From Nymphaea colorata (Eukaryota), in assembly GCF_008831285.2 (NCBI RefSeq), contig NC_045138.2, forward strand, positions 18,724,001 to 18,788,000: a stretch of 64,000 nt of DNA, read 5' to 3'. The notes under the pieces are model-generated. The model was given only the letters and a program-made list of their open reading frames with translations. It was not told where the DNA came from and made no database searches. Positions 27,100 to 39,052 of the stretch are shown here, one piece after another (position 1 is the stretch's first letter; each line of letters opens with the position of its first letter). The position numbers and the translations under genes are program-made.

Positions 27100-29548
27100 C
27101 TAAGCAGCTGCTCTCCCCGAACCTCTAGCAAATTTATTTGACCATTCTTTCATGTTTGAATTGTCATTTCTAATGTGATGATTCACTGAGCTAGTTGCCT
27201 TAGCTGCAGATCTAGCCATCAACATTTCTTCGGAAGCCTCCTCTTTGTCAATCACAACTTGTCTACATTCTGGAGAGCAAAATGCACGTAGATCCCTGTA
27301 AATATTTACAGCCATTAGCCTCTGGCATTGAAAATAGAAACTGCAAGATTAACATGTGAGAAGAACCAATAAATCAATGTTTGAATGTAAAAGCATCAAA
27401 GATGGTTTTCCAACATAGATTCAATTTGCTAGCAGAATGAACATTCACATTTCCTAACACAGTTCCAATGTCTAGTTCCCATCGATCTATCAAAGACCAC
27501 AAATTTCCAAGAATAGGCATGAAGCTGAAATAATCGCAAAGAATGAAGTTGAGGTCATCAACTCTAAGCAGATAAATCTAAGCTTTAAAAAAGGAAAAGG
27601 GCAAATTTATATAAAATCATGCAAGCACACACGCACCTACATACACCAAATAGTAAATATATTTTGAACATCATTACCAGACTTGTATAACTGACATGAG
27701 AATTGAACATATATTCTATGAGCTAAAATCCACATGACTAGCCCAAAGACTAATGATTTAAGAAATTTCAAGTTACCATGTGGCTGTGCTACTTGCCATT
27801 ACGTTGCATGACATTATTTGTGTAAACCAAAGATGAATGCTGCTTCAAATGCATAAAATATGTGCAATCATCAGTGAACAAGAGTTAAACAGAACAATAA
27901 GAAACCTTAAAAATCAATCAGTAATTTGAGGGGACGAGAAAAGGTGGAGTGTAAAAGAGAAGTAGGTCATTTAATAAAACTGAACACACTAACATTGAAG
28001 ACCAAAATAAAACTCAAGTTTAGACACAAAAATAATGCCATAGCGAAAGAACAAAAGAAAAAGCTTAATCATACAAGAAAAATGTATTAATCACATAGTA
28101 AACACATTAACTACCATAGTTTAAAATTTAAATCACAATCAAGCTCGTTCTGGCACATTCATGTTTCACAAGGTATGGAGACTTGGGGAGTTTCTGTAGA
28201 CTAGTTAAATTTGTTTCAGCCGACTATGTTATGCAAGTTTCACCTGTTTGATGATTTCTTCCTCCATCACATGTGGGCTCTGAGGCTTTCACAAGCAAAA
28301 GTTGTTTCAAACTACTAGTTAGAAAATTCCTAGAAAATCTATTTCTTGTATAGAAACCTGCATCCAAGTACCTCTGGTTTCCCCTTTAAGAAGTTTATAT
28401 CTCTCTTCCTTCATGTTGATGCTAAGTGAAGGACGGATATGTATTCCTTCAGCTCACTTTAGAGGGTTGAAACACCCTGCAGGCATTCATGATTTTGCTC
28501 CTGAAACTTGAGGCCACCATACATCGACCAATCAATTTCTTCAAATGTTGCTCTAGAAGTTCAGTTCAACCTTTCTTTTGGATCAAACATACATAAAGTT
28601 TTACAGAGGAAAAAGGCTTTTTGTTCATTAGTTAAGAGATCCACTTACTACATGTGTTTAACTGCACGTAGTATTTCTCATTAACCACCATTTTTCTTGC
28701 GGTGTGGATTTTGAAATTTACAGAAAACCTTAATCCCCATCAGTTAAAAGTGCATTCAATCATCACTCAACGTCACTTTTAACCCTGCTTACATATCAAG
28801 CGCAAAAATGTCCAAGAACACCAACTTCAGTTTAGCATCTGAAAATAAGGACTGAGAATACCAATCCATAAGCGTACGAATTATGCTTCTTAAGGAATTC
28901 ATGATACTAGATGGTGAAATAAACAGGTCATTCACCCTGTGCGGTAATTTTTTTTCTTTGTGAAACTCCAGAAAAGAAGACGCGGAAAGAGAAAATAACG
29001 TAACAGATCATCAAAGAATAACATAAAGATCACAAATGTAGCAAACTTCACATAACCGCCATTAGAAAAAAGATCTGAAAGCAAGAACATTCAAACTTAT
29101 TACAGATACAGAATAGCAGAAAGAAGCATAAATAAGCCAAATACACAAAAAAGCAATCAGAAGGAAAAATAGGAAGAGCATGCAATGAAGAAAAACCCAA
29201 TTTCACATTCTGCATTTTGATCAGAGCAACAAACCAAGCAGGAGCTAAAGAGTCCACGAACAAAAACAAAAGCCACGAAAAAAAGCAACAGAAAAAAAAA
29301 ACCAGGCGATAAAACAAATGAGAATACGAGGAGTACCTGTACATGAAGATGTCATCAGCGGGATCGAGACGCTTCCTGCACAAGAAGCAACGCTCAAGAA
29401 AGCTTCCCAATCCCCTCCATCGATGGTCGCGGACATAGGGGTCCTCCATCTTCTTAGGCTCACAAACTGCGGGACCGAGGTAAAAGAAAGGTAACTCGAC
29501 GCGCCGTCTCACTGAGGGCCTAGCATATTCCGCGTAGTCCTCTGCCAT
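27100..29548 (-). CDS. FLZ: FCS-like zinc finger protein (zf-FLZ/DUF581), two exons
   Basis: Exon 1 is 29548-29337 (an in-frame upstream ATG lies at 29611); exon 2 is 27295-27100; GT-AG intron of about 2.04 kb in phase 2. The spliced domain FLERCFLCRKRLDPADDIFMYR/DLRAFCSPECR matches the CX2C-X17-19-FCSX2C signature. Confidence 0.92.
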
Positions 29549-30728
29549 GGTTCCTCGCTCTCTAATGTTCCTGATACGTGCCGCTCCACTCATTTGCTGC
29601 GTCCCTTCCATCTGGGCAATCCGGCTTTCCTCTTAGTCTTCTCACAGGGGGAGAAAGAGATAGAAGACTCGAGGGAAGAGAAGTGTAAGGCAGAGGGGAT
29701 GGGAGACGGAGAGAATCGAGAACGATCAATATATCAAAATCGTTTTCCTCTGGTATTAGATTCGGCCGCAATAGGTCGATTCCAATAGAATCAGTTCGGT
29801 TTAATAGCTGATTCAGTACTGCCAACCGTCAAATGTTAACTGTGTTTTGAAGAATATTTTAAGATTTTAATTTTAACAATATGTGTGGATATATATCTTT
29901 TGTATATTTTCGTTGTTTATCTTCTTGGAAATAATGTTTTTCATATTTTTTGGCCGATTCACACGATGCAGCTGAGTTCGCGTGAGAGAAAAGAGAGGTT
30001 CCACTAATATATATCCCAGAAATTTGTTTCACAACAGAGGCCACATTTATCGGAACTGGTTTTATCTCTTCCCGCAACAGATTTGGCTGCGCCCTTATTA
30101 GATAATGATAATGCAACGCCCTTATTAGATAACGATAAAAGATCTCTTTCAGCATCTTCATTTGGCCTTCTATCTTTATCTTTAGCCTCCGAGACTCCAT
30201 AACTTCTGGGGCATCTTCATCTGCCGCTCGTTGTGAAGCCTCTGGCGCTCGCTTCTCTTATCTTGCTAACAGTCTTGGGCAGAAATGACAAGTTTCGACG
30301 TAAAAATGAAGACAAGACGGTTGCTTAGTCTGTGCATTTAAGTCTCTGGTTTGGCTTTGATACACTTAATATAATGGAATTTTAAAATCAAAATACTCAA
30401 TTTTTAAGAAATTAGAACTATTAGACAAACAAGATATTTTGTTTCTAGAATTAAGAAATTGAACATGGATTTTTTATGTCATTCCTGTTTGGAGAGGAAT
30501 TATGATTCCGTAGTTTTCATTTTTGAAGCGAAATTTCAAACCATCATAAACGATGTTTGTTATTAACCCTCGATTATTTGGAATGATTTTAAATTATTCC
30601 AAATAATCTGTTTATTCATTTAGTGTATGCTCCTTGATTCTTTTGCTTAGTGTCCCTTAATCATCTTCTTATGTTTAATTTTTTTTTTTAAATAAGCAGT
30701 CGTTGGCCAAAAATTTTTGGCTCCACAT

Positions 30729-30860
30729 AAGGATGTCAATGAATCAAATATACTCTTAACTGTATCCACTTTTTCAGATTTTTACATAGGGATTCAAATA
30801 CCACCAACAAAAGGCCATACCCAAATCGAAAATCCGATTTCACAATCCAAATACAATTTG
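30729..30860 (+). mobile_element. Truncated copy of the GGATGTCAA-ended MITE family
   Basis: Begins AAGGATGTCAA; internal similarity to 19030-19085. Confidence 0.45.
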
Positions 30861-31272
30861 AACCAGTTTTCACATTTTTACTAATACAACTTGAAGTCAT
30901 ACTAGTCGACCAACTTAGCTTGTCGAAACCATATACATTGTTCTTAGCTCTTAAATTCGAGCCGTTTCCATGAGGCATTGGTAGCAACGACGGCTACATG
31001 CAATGAGCGAACATCCAAACAACCAACTAAGGAATGGATAGGCAAAGTCAATTTGGTGAGAGCAGCCATTGCCACAAGCCTGAACTGGTAGGCAATTAGT
31101 AAAAATATATAAGGATTTACCACGATTTAATTGCCGTTATTTGAAGTCAATTTTAAATATAATTAATGAAAACTCATAAATCATATTCCTTAAAAGGGCA
31201 TCAGTATATATAAATAAGTAAATATTTGAACACACCCATAAATGTTTTTTTTTTCATTTTTTAAAGTTCGCC

Positions 31273-34200
31273 GTATTATACTCGAGAAATATCTTATGAT
31301 TTAAAACTCCGAGATGTTATTTGTGACTACGGACTACAAAATAATACAGTGATTATTTGGACAAATTATAAAAGAAGATAAGCAAAACACATAATACACA
31401 CATATTTTAGTGGAACAAATGCTTAGCCGAACATTCAGGATAGCATAGGAGTGATTCTTGTCTTGGGCAGCCAAGGGAAAAAATCCTAGATAAGGAGGAC
31501 TACCTTATAAAATTTTAAATTTTTTAAAAACACCAGTATATAAATGATAAAAATTACCTTGAAGTATCAGCATGAAAATAAACATGTTTTACGACTCAAG
31601 ATAAGCAATTGCCCACACAGTGCCCACACTGAGAAGCTGCTTTCCTTTGCTGGTTGTATCTCACTTCTTATGCACACAACCATGCCTTAATCTCACTGTG
31701 TGCCCCGCCTCTCCGCCGGCTGACCTCCGCCATTATGAGCTTTAATCCCATCCTTAATGGTTTACTTTGGGTTTCTTGTTTCTCTTCCCACAGTATTATA
31801 CTCGAGAAATATCTTATGATTTAAAACTCCGAGATGTTATTTGTGACTACGGACTACAAAATAATACAGTGATTATTTGGACAAATTATAAAAGAAGATA
31901 AGCAAAACACATAATACACACATATTTTAGTGGAACAAATGCTTAGCCGAACATTCAGGATAGCATAGGAGTGATTCTTGTCTTGGGCAGCCAAGGGAAA
32001 AAATCCTAGATAAGGAGGACTACCTTATAAAATTTTAAATTTTTTAAAAAACACCAGTATATAAATGATAAAAATTACCTTGAAGTATCAGCATGAAAAT
32101 AAACATGTTTTACGACTCAAGATAAGCAATTGCCCACACAGTGCCCACACTGAGAAGCTGCTTTCCTTTGCTGGTTGTATCTCACTTCTTATGCACACAA
32201 CCATGCCTTAATCTCACTGTGTGCCCCGCCTCTCCGCCGGCTGACCTCCGCCATTATGAGCTTTAATCCCATCCTTAATGGTTTACTTTGGGTTTCTTGT
32301 TTCTCTTCCCACAGTATTATACTCGAGAAATATCTTATGATTTAAAACTCCGAGATGTTATTTGTGACTACGGACTACAAAATAATACAGTGATTATTTG
32401 GACAAATTATAAAAGAAGATAAGCAAAACACATAATACACACATATTTTAGTGGAACAAATGCTTAGCCGAACATTCAGGATAGCATAGGAGTGATTCTT
32501 GTCTTGGGCAGCCAAGGGAAAAAATCCTAGATAAGGAGGACTACCTTATAAAATTTTAAATTTTTTAAAAAACACCAGTATATAAATGATAAAAATTACC
32601 TTGAAGTATCAGCATGAAAATAAACATGTTTTACGACTCAAGATAAGCAATTGCCCACACAGTGCCCACACTGAGAAGCTGCTTTCCTTTGCTGGTTGTA
32701 TCTCACTTCTTATGCACACAACCATGCCTTAATCTCACTGTGTGCCCCGCCTCTCCGCCGGCTGACCTCCGCCATTATGAGCTTTAATCCCATCCTTAAT
32801 GGTTTACTTTGGGTTTCTTGTTTCTCTTCCCACAGTATTATACTCGAGAAATATCTTATGATTTAAAACTCCGAGATGTTATTTGTGACTACGGACTACA
32901 AAATAATACAGTGATTATTTGGACAAATTATAAAAGAAGATAAGCAAAACACATAATACACACATATTTTAGTGGAACAAATGCTTAGCCGAACATTCAG
33001 GATAGCATAGGAGTGATTCTTGTCTTGGGCAGCCAAGGGAAAAAATCCTAGATAAGGAGGACTACCTTATAAAATTTTAAATTTTTTAAAAAACACCAGT
33101 ATATAAATGATAAAAATTACCTTGAAGTATCAGCATGAAAATAAACATGTTTTACGACTCAAGATAAGCAATTGCCCACACAGTGCCCACACTGAGAAGC
33201 TGCTTTCCTTTGCTGGTTGTATCTCACTTCTTATGCACACAACCATGCCTTAATCTCACTGTGTGCCCCGCCTCTCCGCCGGCTGACCTCCGCCATTATG
33301 AGCTTTAATCCCATCCTTAATGGTTTACTTTGGGTTTCTTGTTTCTCTTCCCACAGTATTATACTCGAGAAATATCTTATGATTTAAAACTCCGAGATGT
33401 TATTTGTGACTACGGACTACAAAATAATACAGTGATTATTTGGACAAATTATAAAAGAAGATAAGCAAAACACATAATACACACATATTTTAGTGGAACA
33501 AATGCTTAGCCGAACATTCAGGATAGCATAGGAGTGATTCTTGTCTTGGGCAGCCAAGGGAAAAAATCCTAGATAAGGAGGACTACCTTATAAAATTTTA
33601 AATTTTTTAAAAAACACCAGTATATAAATGATAAAAATTACCTTGAAGTATCAGCATGAAAATAAACATGTTTTACGACTCAAGATAAGCAATTGCCCAC
33701 ACAGTGCCCACACTGAGAAGCTGCTTTCCTTTGCTGGTTGTATCTCACTTCTTATGCACACAACCATGCCTTAATCTCACTGTGTGCCCCGCCTCTCCGC
33801 CGGCTGACCTCCGCCATTATGAGCTTTAATCCCATCCTTAATGGTTTACTTTGGGTTTCTTGTTTCTCTTCCCACAGTATTATACTCGAGAAATATCTTA
33901 TGATTTAAAACTCCGAGATGTTATTTGTGACTACGGACTACAAAATAATACAGTGATTATTTGGACAAATTATAAAAGAAGATAAGCAAAACACATAATA
34001 CACACATATTTTAGTGGAACAAATGCTTAGCCGAACATTCAGGATAGCATAGGAGTGATTCTTGTCTTGGGCAGCCAAGGGAAAAAATCCTAGATAAGGA
34101 GGACTACCTTATAAAATTTTAAATTTTTTAAAAAACACCAGTATATAAATGATAAAAATTACCTTGAAGTATCAGCATGAAAATAAACATGTTTTACGAC

Positions 34201-34399
34201 TCAAGATAAGCAATTGCCCACACAGTGCCCACACTGAGAAGCTGCTTTCCTTTGCTGGTTGTATCTCACTTCTTATGCACACAACCATGCCTTAATCTCA
34301 CTGTGTGCCCCGCCTCTCCGCCGGCTGACCTCCGCCATTATGAGCTTTAATCCCATCCTTAATGGTTTACTTTGGGTTTCTTGTTTCTCTTCCCACAGT
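31273..34399. repeat. Tandem array of six near-identical 520-521 bp units
   Basis: Units start GTATTATACTCGAG at 31273, 31793, 32314, 32835, 33356 and 33877 and end ...TCTCTTCCCACA. The only difference I noticed is one fewer A in a homopolymer of the first unit. Confidence 0.97.
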
Positions 34400-34417
34400 T
34401 GGGATGTCCTTGCCAGG
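34359..34417 (-). CDS. Predicted short terminal coding exon of the NLR (A-WQGHPNCGKRNKKPKVNH*)
   Basis: Phase-1 donor G|GTAAG after 35236 in the NLR ORF. Acceptor ...TTTCATCTTTTCTGATTTCTAATTGGTAAGTCGCAG| before 34417. In-frame TAA at 34361-34359. Confidence 0.4.
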
Positions 34418-35155
34418 CTGCGACTTACCAATTAGAAATCAGAAAAGATGAAACCAGTTAAAACTACTAATTATGAACTCAAGTATTAACAATAATGTAA
34501 TTTAGCAGTAACTCAAAACTAATTATAATAATTAATAACACTTCCTGCTCTAATACTGTACTATAGTCTCCAGTTTGGTGGATCTCAATTCACCTCTTAG
34601 CAGTATTCGTTTTAGCATAAAAAAAAAAAAGGTTAGAAACCATGTCATTCTATCGCTTCCTCCTAACCTCCATTTCATTTATAAGTTATTGAAGATTTCT
34701 TTCAATGTCTAAAAATGAGGTTTTACAGTACCTTTATACTAATATAACTCTATTCTAAAGCCAACATTTCAGACTTGGATTAAAACCAACCTAAAATAAG
34801 AAAGGAAAAATAACTAATATAACTTTATTATGAAGCAAACATTTCCAACTTTACTTGAATTAAAAAGTAACATAAAACAAAACAAGAAAGAGAAATAACT
34901 AGATGGGGACCTACACATTATAGAATGGAACCTAACTAGTGTTTATAATTAAATAATATGATTTCACGTCACCTATGTGGGCACACCTAATTAACTCAAA
35001 GCAAAACGAGATTAACTTACATGAAACGCAAGGCAAACAAATTATCAAATGCAAAATGACCATTTAATGAAACCAAATATATAACAAGAACATTTCACAA
35101 GATTACATTCCTACTACGTATCATAAATTTGTCTACATCTGGCTAACAACCTTTG

Positions 35156-38100
35156 CTAACAACACAAAGGCAACATTACTAATCTCCAACATCCGACACA
35201 GAGAGAATTATTAATAAGTAATTGTTTCTCCTTACCCGCAATACGACGCTCAATGACATCAGAATTGCGTTGAAGCAGTTCAGTGCAGTCCTCTATCTGC
35301 AGTTGAAGTTGAGGCAGGTCCCTCATCCCATTCGGCAAGCTCGTCAGCTCCGCCATGACTTCCAGTCTCACCAACCTAAGGCTGCAGAGGCGACCCAACC
35401 CTTCTGGTAGGCTCCTCAACCCAGGGAGGAAACGGAGTTCCAAATCCGCCAGATTGGTTAGCCGACCGAGCCATTCAGGCAAGTGTCTCAAACCGATGCA
35501 TTTATTGATTCTCAAGGATCGAAGATAGAGTAGAGGTTGCATCTTGTCCGGTAGACTCCTCAACAATGGCAGGTCTTCGAGTTTCAGGCTCCGTAGCTGA
35601 GACAACTCACCTAGCCATTCCGGCAAATGGGTAAGCCCACTGACTCTAGCGATCGACAGGCTTTGAAGTTGCGTGAGAGATCGCATCCCATCCGGCAGAC
35701 TCCTCAACTCCGGCAGGCGAACGAGTTCTAATCTTTGAAGCTGAGAGAACTCACCCAGCCATTCCGGCAAGTGGGTCAGCTTGGGGCTTTCATGAATTTC
35801 CAACGCATAGAGGTTTTGAAGACGTTGGATCCATTTTGGCACAGAATCCACTTCATCGTTCAACCTGATTATCAGTCTATCTACCCTACTTCCCAGGTTT
35901 CTGAATCCGCTGAGTCCATCCTTTGACTCAATCTCTAACTGCAACGATACAAGTGATGGATATATTATACGATCAGAACTGTTTCTAGAGCAAATCTGCA
36001 CATGCTGGAGCCGAGGGAGGTGATGGTGTTGCAGAAGATCTGCTACCGGTGCAGCTAGGTTTGGGCAATCCGTCAGAAACAATCTCTCCAGATGCATCAT
36101 ATTCTCAAGTGCTTCCTCAGCCATTTGGGACTCCATAGCCAATCCCGGAAACCCATTCAGGTCTAAGCCTTTTAGTGCTGTCACTGTCTTCAACATGTGA
36201 AGAAACCCGTGCTCTTGCACGTCAAATTTAGGCAATTGATGCAGTTCTAACTCCCTAATGATATCCAACGATGTCAATGACATTGAATCAAGCTCAGGAA
36301 GGTCCTTTAGTTTCAGTTCGTGAAGTTGGGTGAGTCGCAGACCACCAAGTAATGACCTCAACTTTGGACAGTAGACAATCTCTACGCTTCGGAGGAAAGG
36401 CATTGTTTCTATTTGGGTCCACTCCTCTAGGCTTCCCATCCTGTGAATCTGTAGCGATTCTAGCTTGGGGAATCCAGCAGGTAAGACTCTCAACTTTGGG
36501 CAGTCATAAACCTCTAAACTGTTGAGCTGGGGCATTGGTTCTGCTTGGGGCCACACCTCTAAGCTTTTCATGTTGGAAATGACTAGTGTTTCCAATTTGG
36601 GTAGGCATGTTAACATGGGTAATTCTTTCAAAAAGTTGCAGTTCTTTATAGAAACTCTCTGTAGACAACTTAAAGAACTTATCCAAGAAGGAAACCATGT
36701 ACCAGCATAGTAAGACACTTCCAGTGTCTTGAGACCTTTGGGAGGATGAAGCTCTTCAAATATGCCCTCGATTCTTTCTGTAAAACTACTGTTCGACTGA
36801 TGAAGGGATGTTGGCCCACAATGTAACCTTAACTCATGTAGTTTTGCTTTCTTGTGTAGTCCTGCATCTTTTGCCTCTACTCTGTTATGCACCCTTTCTA
36901 TGTGATGAATACACAACAATCCTTCTAAATTGTTCATGTGATTCAACTCTTTGATGCTACATCCATTACTCTTGCTTGTATCACTGCCCACCACAAAGTT
37001 ATTCAATGTTTGTAAGACTGTCAACTTACCAATATTTTCAGGCATACAAATGGGGAAAGAATATTCGTCTCCCAAGGGAAGATGTCGCAGAGCCCTCAGC
37101 TTTGAAGTACCTTTGGGGAGCATTTCGATACGAGTACCACTAAGGTTAAGCATCTCAAGGCTTCTTAGTCTTGAAATTGATTCTGGTAGAGTTGTTATTC
37201 CTGTGAATCTAAGATTTAAGTACTTCAGCAAAACTAGATCTCCCAAAGTCTCTGGAAGTACTTGTAAGTGGAAGTTGTCACTTAGGTCTAGCACTCTTAG
37301 CCACTTTAAGTTCAAAAGGATGCTAGCTAGAGGATATGTCCGGCATAAATCCCCTCTTAACACCAATGTTCGAAGCTTTGTGTGTTGATTGATTTGTGTG
37401 CCATCTACAAGAGACTCATGTGAGTTTGTTATGCACAAGGAACGTGCTTGACTCGGTGAAGTTCTTGCAGTCAGCGAGAGGTTCGAGGGGTTTGCGTTCT
37501 CATTTAGTCTCATGGAGGAGGCAAAATCATGAACAATGTCATGTAACTTGTAGAGCTTCAAGTCCCTGTTAAATTGAACAAGTGAACAGCCAACTAGCAT
37601 GTCAAGATATGTATGAGCAGTACAAATTTCCGTTTCTTCCGGCAGTGCTTCTTTCTCTGTAATGAATCCCTCAGCGACCCATAGCCAAGCTAGATCCTCC
37701 TTATACATCGGATAGTCTTTTGGGTACATGGAGCAATATGTCAGACATCGTTTCAAAGAAAAGGGGAGGTTCATGTAGCTTAAAGCAATGGTAGAAAGGA
37801 TTTCTTTGTTCTCATCATTGTCGACAATGCCATCCCATTTCCAGAATGGGCTGTTTTTAACCTTTTCCCAATCAGATATCTTCCTCTCCTTTTGTTTCAA
37901 CAGGCTGCCCACAACACTTAATGCAAGGGGCAACCCTTTGCAATTCTTTACTACATGCCTTCCAACATCTTTCACTCTGTCAAGTTCCTCTTCTGTCTCA
38001 TCTCTCCTTAAAACTTTATTCACAAATAGGCACCAACTTTCGTCATCTGATAAGCACTTCATTGGATGCACATATACATCATCGATCTTCACCTTAACTT

Positions 38101-39052
38101 CTTCTTTTCTAGTTGTGATGAGAACCCTGCTTCCTAGAGCACCTTGTTGCAAAAGGCCATTCAACTCAGTCCACCAATCATAGTCCCATGCATCATCTAT
38201 AACAAGCAGAAACTTCTTCCCCTTCAAATGCTTCATTATCTCGAGGTTTAAAGCCTCCAACCCTGTTATGTTTTTCTCTCTCTTATTTTTTAATTGTTCT
38301 AGTATTTGTTCGAATAGTTGCTGTAGGCGGGGCCTTTCTGATGCACAGATCCATATGAACTTCTCAAAATGCGCTCTTATGCTCGAATTTTTGTAGACCC
38401 ACTTGGCAAGAGTCGTTTTTCCGAGTCCCCCCATACCAACGATTGCCACGACATGATTAGCCTCTTTTGCTTTATTATCGGGCCTTTTCTTCAACCACTC
38501 AACAACCAATTCCTCGTCCTTTTCTCTTCCAAAAATATTTTGCTCGGTGATATTAGAAGTTGTTAAGCGGTTGCTACATAATAATTTTGTTTGATCTAGT
38601 GGAGGTGCTAACCCAGTTGTGAGGGGTACAAGGCCATAGTTATCCTTCTCTTTGTAAAGTGAGTTCAGCCTCTCAGTCACCTCTTTTATCTCACTAGCGG
38701 TCTTGCGCATAAATAAGATGTTTCGACACATAAAAGAAAGAGAAGACAATTGTTTGCGTACCTTCCCCTGTCTAGTTTGTGCATCTAAGTCTCGGGTTTT
38801 GGCTGTATAGAGATCAATGATGTCTTCAGCATCATAAATGGTGTGACTAACCCTCGCAATCCAGGCCTTAATGCTTCTGGACGTGAATTGCTTGTTATGA
38901 GCATCTTCAAGGATTGGTTGAATGGCCTTCAGTTGACTCTCCAGATTTCTTAGCTCGCTCTTCACAGAAGCAACCCCTGAAGCAAGTCTTTGAGCTTCTC
39001 CAACTACGAGTTCGGCCACTATGGGCAAAAGGGCTGCAACAATCTCTGCCAT
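35156..39052 (-). CDS. CC-NB-ARC-LRR (CNL) disease-resistance protein, about 1300 aa
   Basis: Likely start MAEIVAALL at 39052 (in-frame ATG also at 39097). Rx-type CC with YDAEDIIDLY, P-loop GMGGLGKTT, kinase-2 LLVIDDAW, RNBS-B GSRVLITTR, GLPLA, RNBS-D CLTYCSMYP, MHD site as LHD, then a long LRR. The true C-terminus may splice at 35236. Confidence 0.95.
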   Translation of the reverse strand: MAEIVAALLPIVAELVVGEAQRLASGVASVKSELRNLESQLKAIQPILEDAHNKQFTSRSIKAWIARVSHTIYDAEDIIDLYTAKTRDLDAQTRQGKVRKQLSSLSFMCRNILFMRKTASEIKEVTERLNSLYKEKDNYGLVPLTTGLAPPLDQTKLLCSNRLTTSNITEQNIFGREKDEELVVEWLKKRPDNKAKEANHVVAIVGMGGLGKTTLAKWVYKNSSIRAHFEKFIWICASERPRLQQLFEQILEQLKNKREKNITGLEALNLEIMKHLKGKKFLLVIDDAWDYDWWTELNGLLQQGALGSRVLITTRKEEVKVKIDDVYVHPMKCLSDDESWCLFVNKVLRRDETEEELDRVKDVGRHVVKNCKGLPLALSVVGSLLKQKERKISDWEKVKNSPFWKWDGIVDNDENKEILSTIALSYMNLPFSLKRCLTYCSMYPKDYPMYKEDLAWLWVAEGFITEKEALPEETEICTAHTYLDMLVGCSLVQFNRDLKLYKLHDIVHDFASSMRLNENANPSNLSLTARTSPSQARSLCITNSHESLVDGTQINQHTKLRTLVLRGDLCRTYPLASILLNLKWLRVLDLSDNFHLQVLPETLGDLVLLKYLNLRFTGITTLPESISRLRSLEMLNLSGTRIEMLPKGTSKLRALRHLPLGDEYSFPICMPENIGKLTVLQTLNNFVVGSDTSKSNGCSIKELNHMNNLEGLLCIHHIERVHNRVEAKDAGLHKKAKLHELRLHCGPTSLHQSNSSFTERIEGIFEELHPPKGLKTLEVSYYAGTWFPSWISSLSCLQRVSIKNCNFLKELPMLTCLPKLETLVISNMKSLEVWPQAEPMPQLNSLEVYDCPKLRVLPAGFPKLESLQIHRMGSLEEWTQIETMPFLRSVEIVYCPKLRSLLGGLRLTQLHELKLKDLPELDSMSLTSLDIIRELELHQLPKFDVQEHGFLHMLKTVTALKGLDLNGFPGLAMESQMAEEALENMMHLERLFLTDCPNLAAPVADLLQHHHLPRLQHVQICSRNSSDRIIYPSLVSLQLEIESKDGLSGFRNLGSRVDRLIIRLNDEVDSVPKWIQRLQNLYALEIHESPKLTHLPEWLGEFSQLQRLELVRLPELRSLPDGMRSLTQLQSLSIARVSGLTHLPEWLGELSQLRSLKLEDLPLLRSLPDKMQPLLYLRSLRINKCIGLRHLPEWLGRLTNLADLELRFLPGLRSLPEGLGRLCSLRLVRLEVMAELTSLPNGMRDLPQLQLQIEDCTELLQRNSDVIERRIAGKEKQLLINNSLCVGCWRLVMLPLCC

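Noticed and set aside
29048..29336. Hydrophobic C-terminal half of the 187-aa ORF
   Set aside because: Read-through into the U-rich FLZ intron past the GT donor at 29336.
31468..31480. CAGCCAAGG resembling the start of miR169
   Set aside because: The match ends after 9 nt and no complementary arm was seen.
31273..34399. CRISPR-like or satellite interpretation of the array
   Set aside because: Eukaryotic context, no unique spacers, and only six long units continuous with unique flanking sequence.
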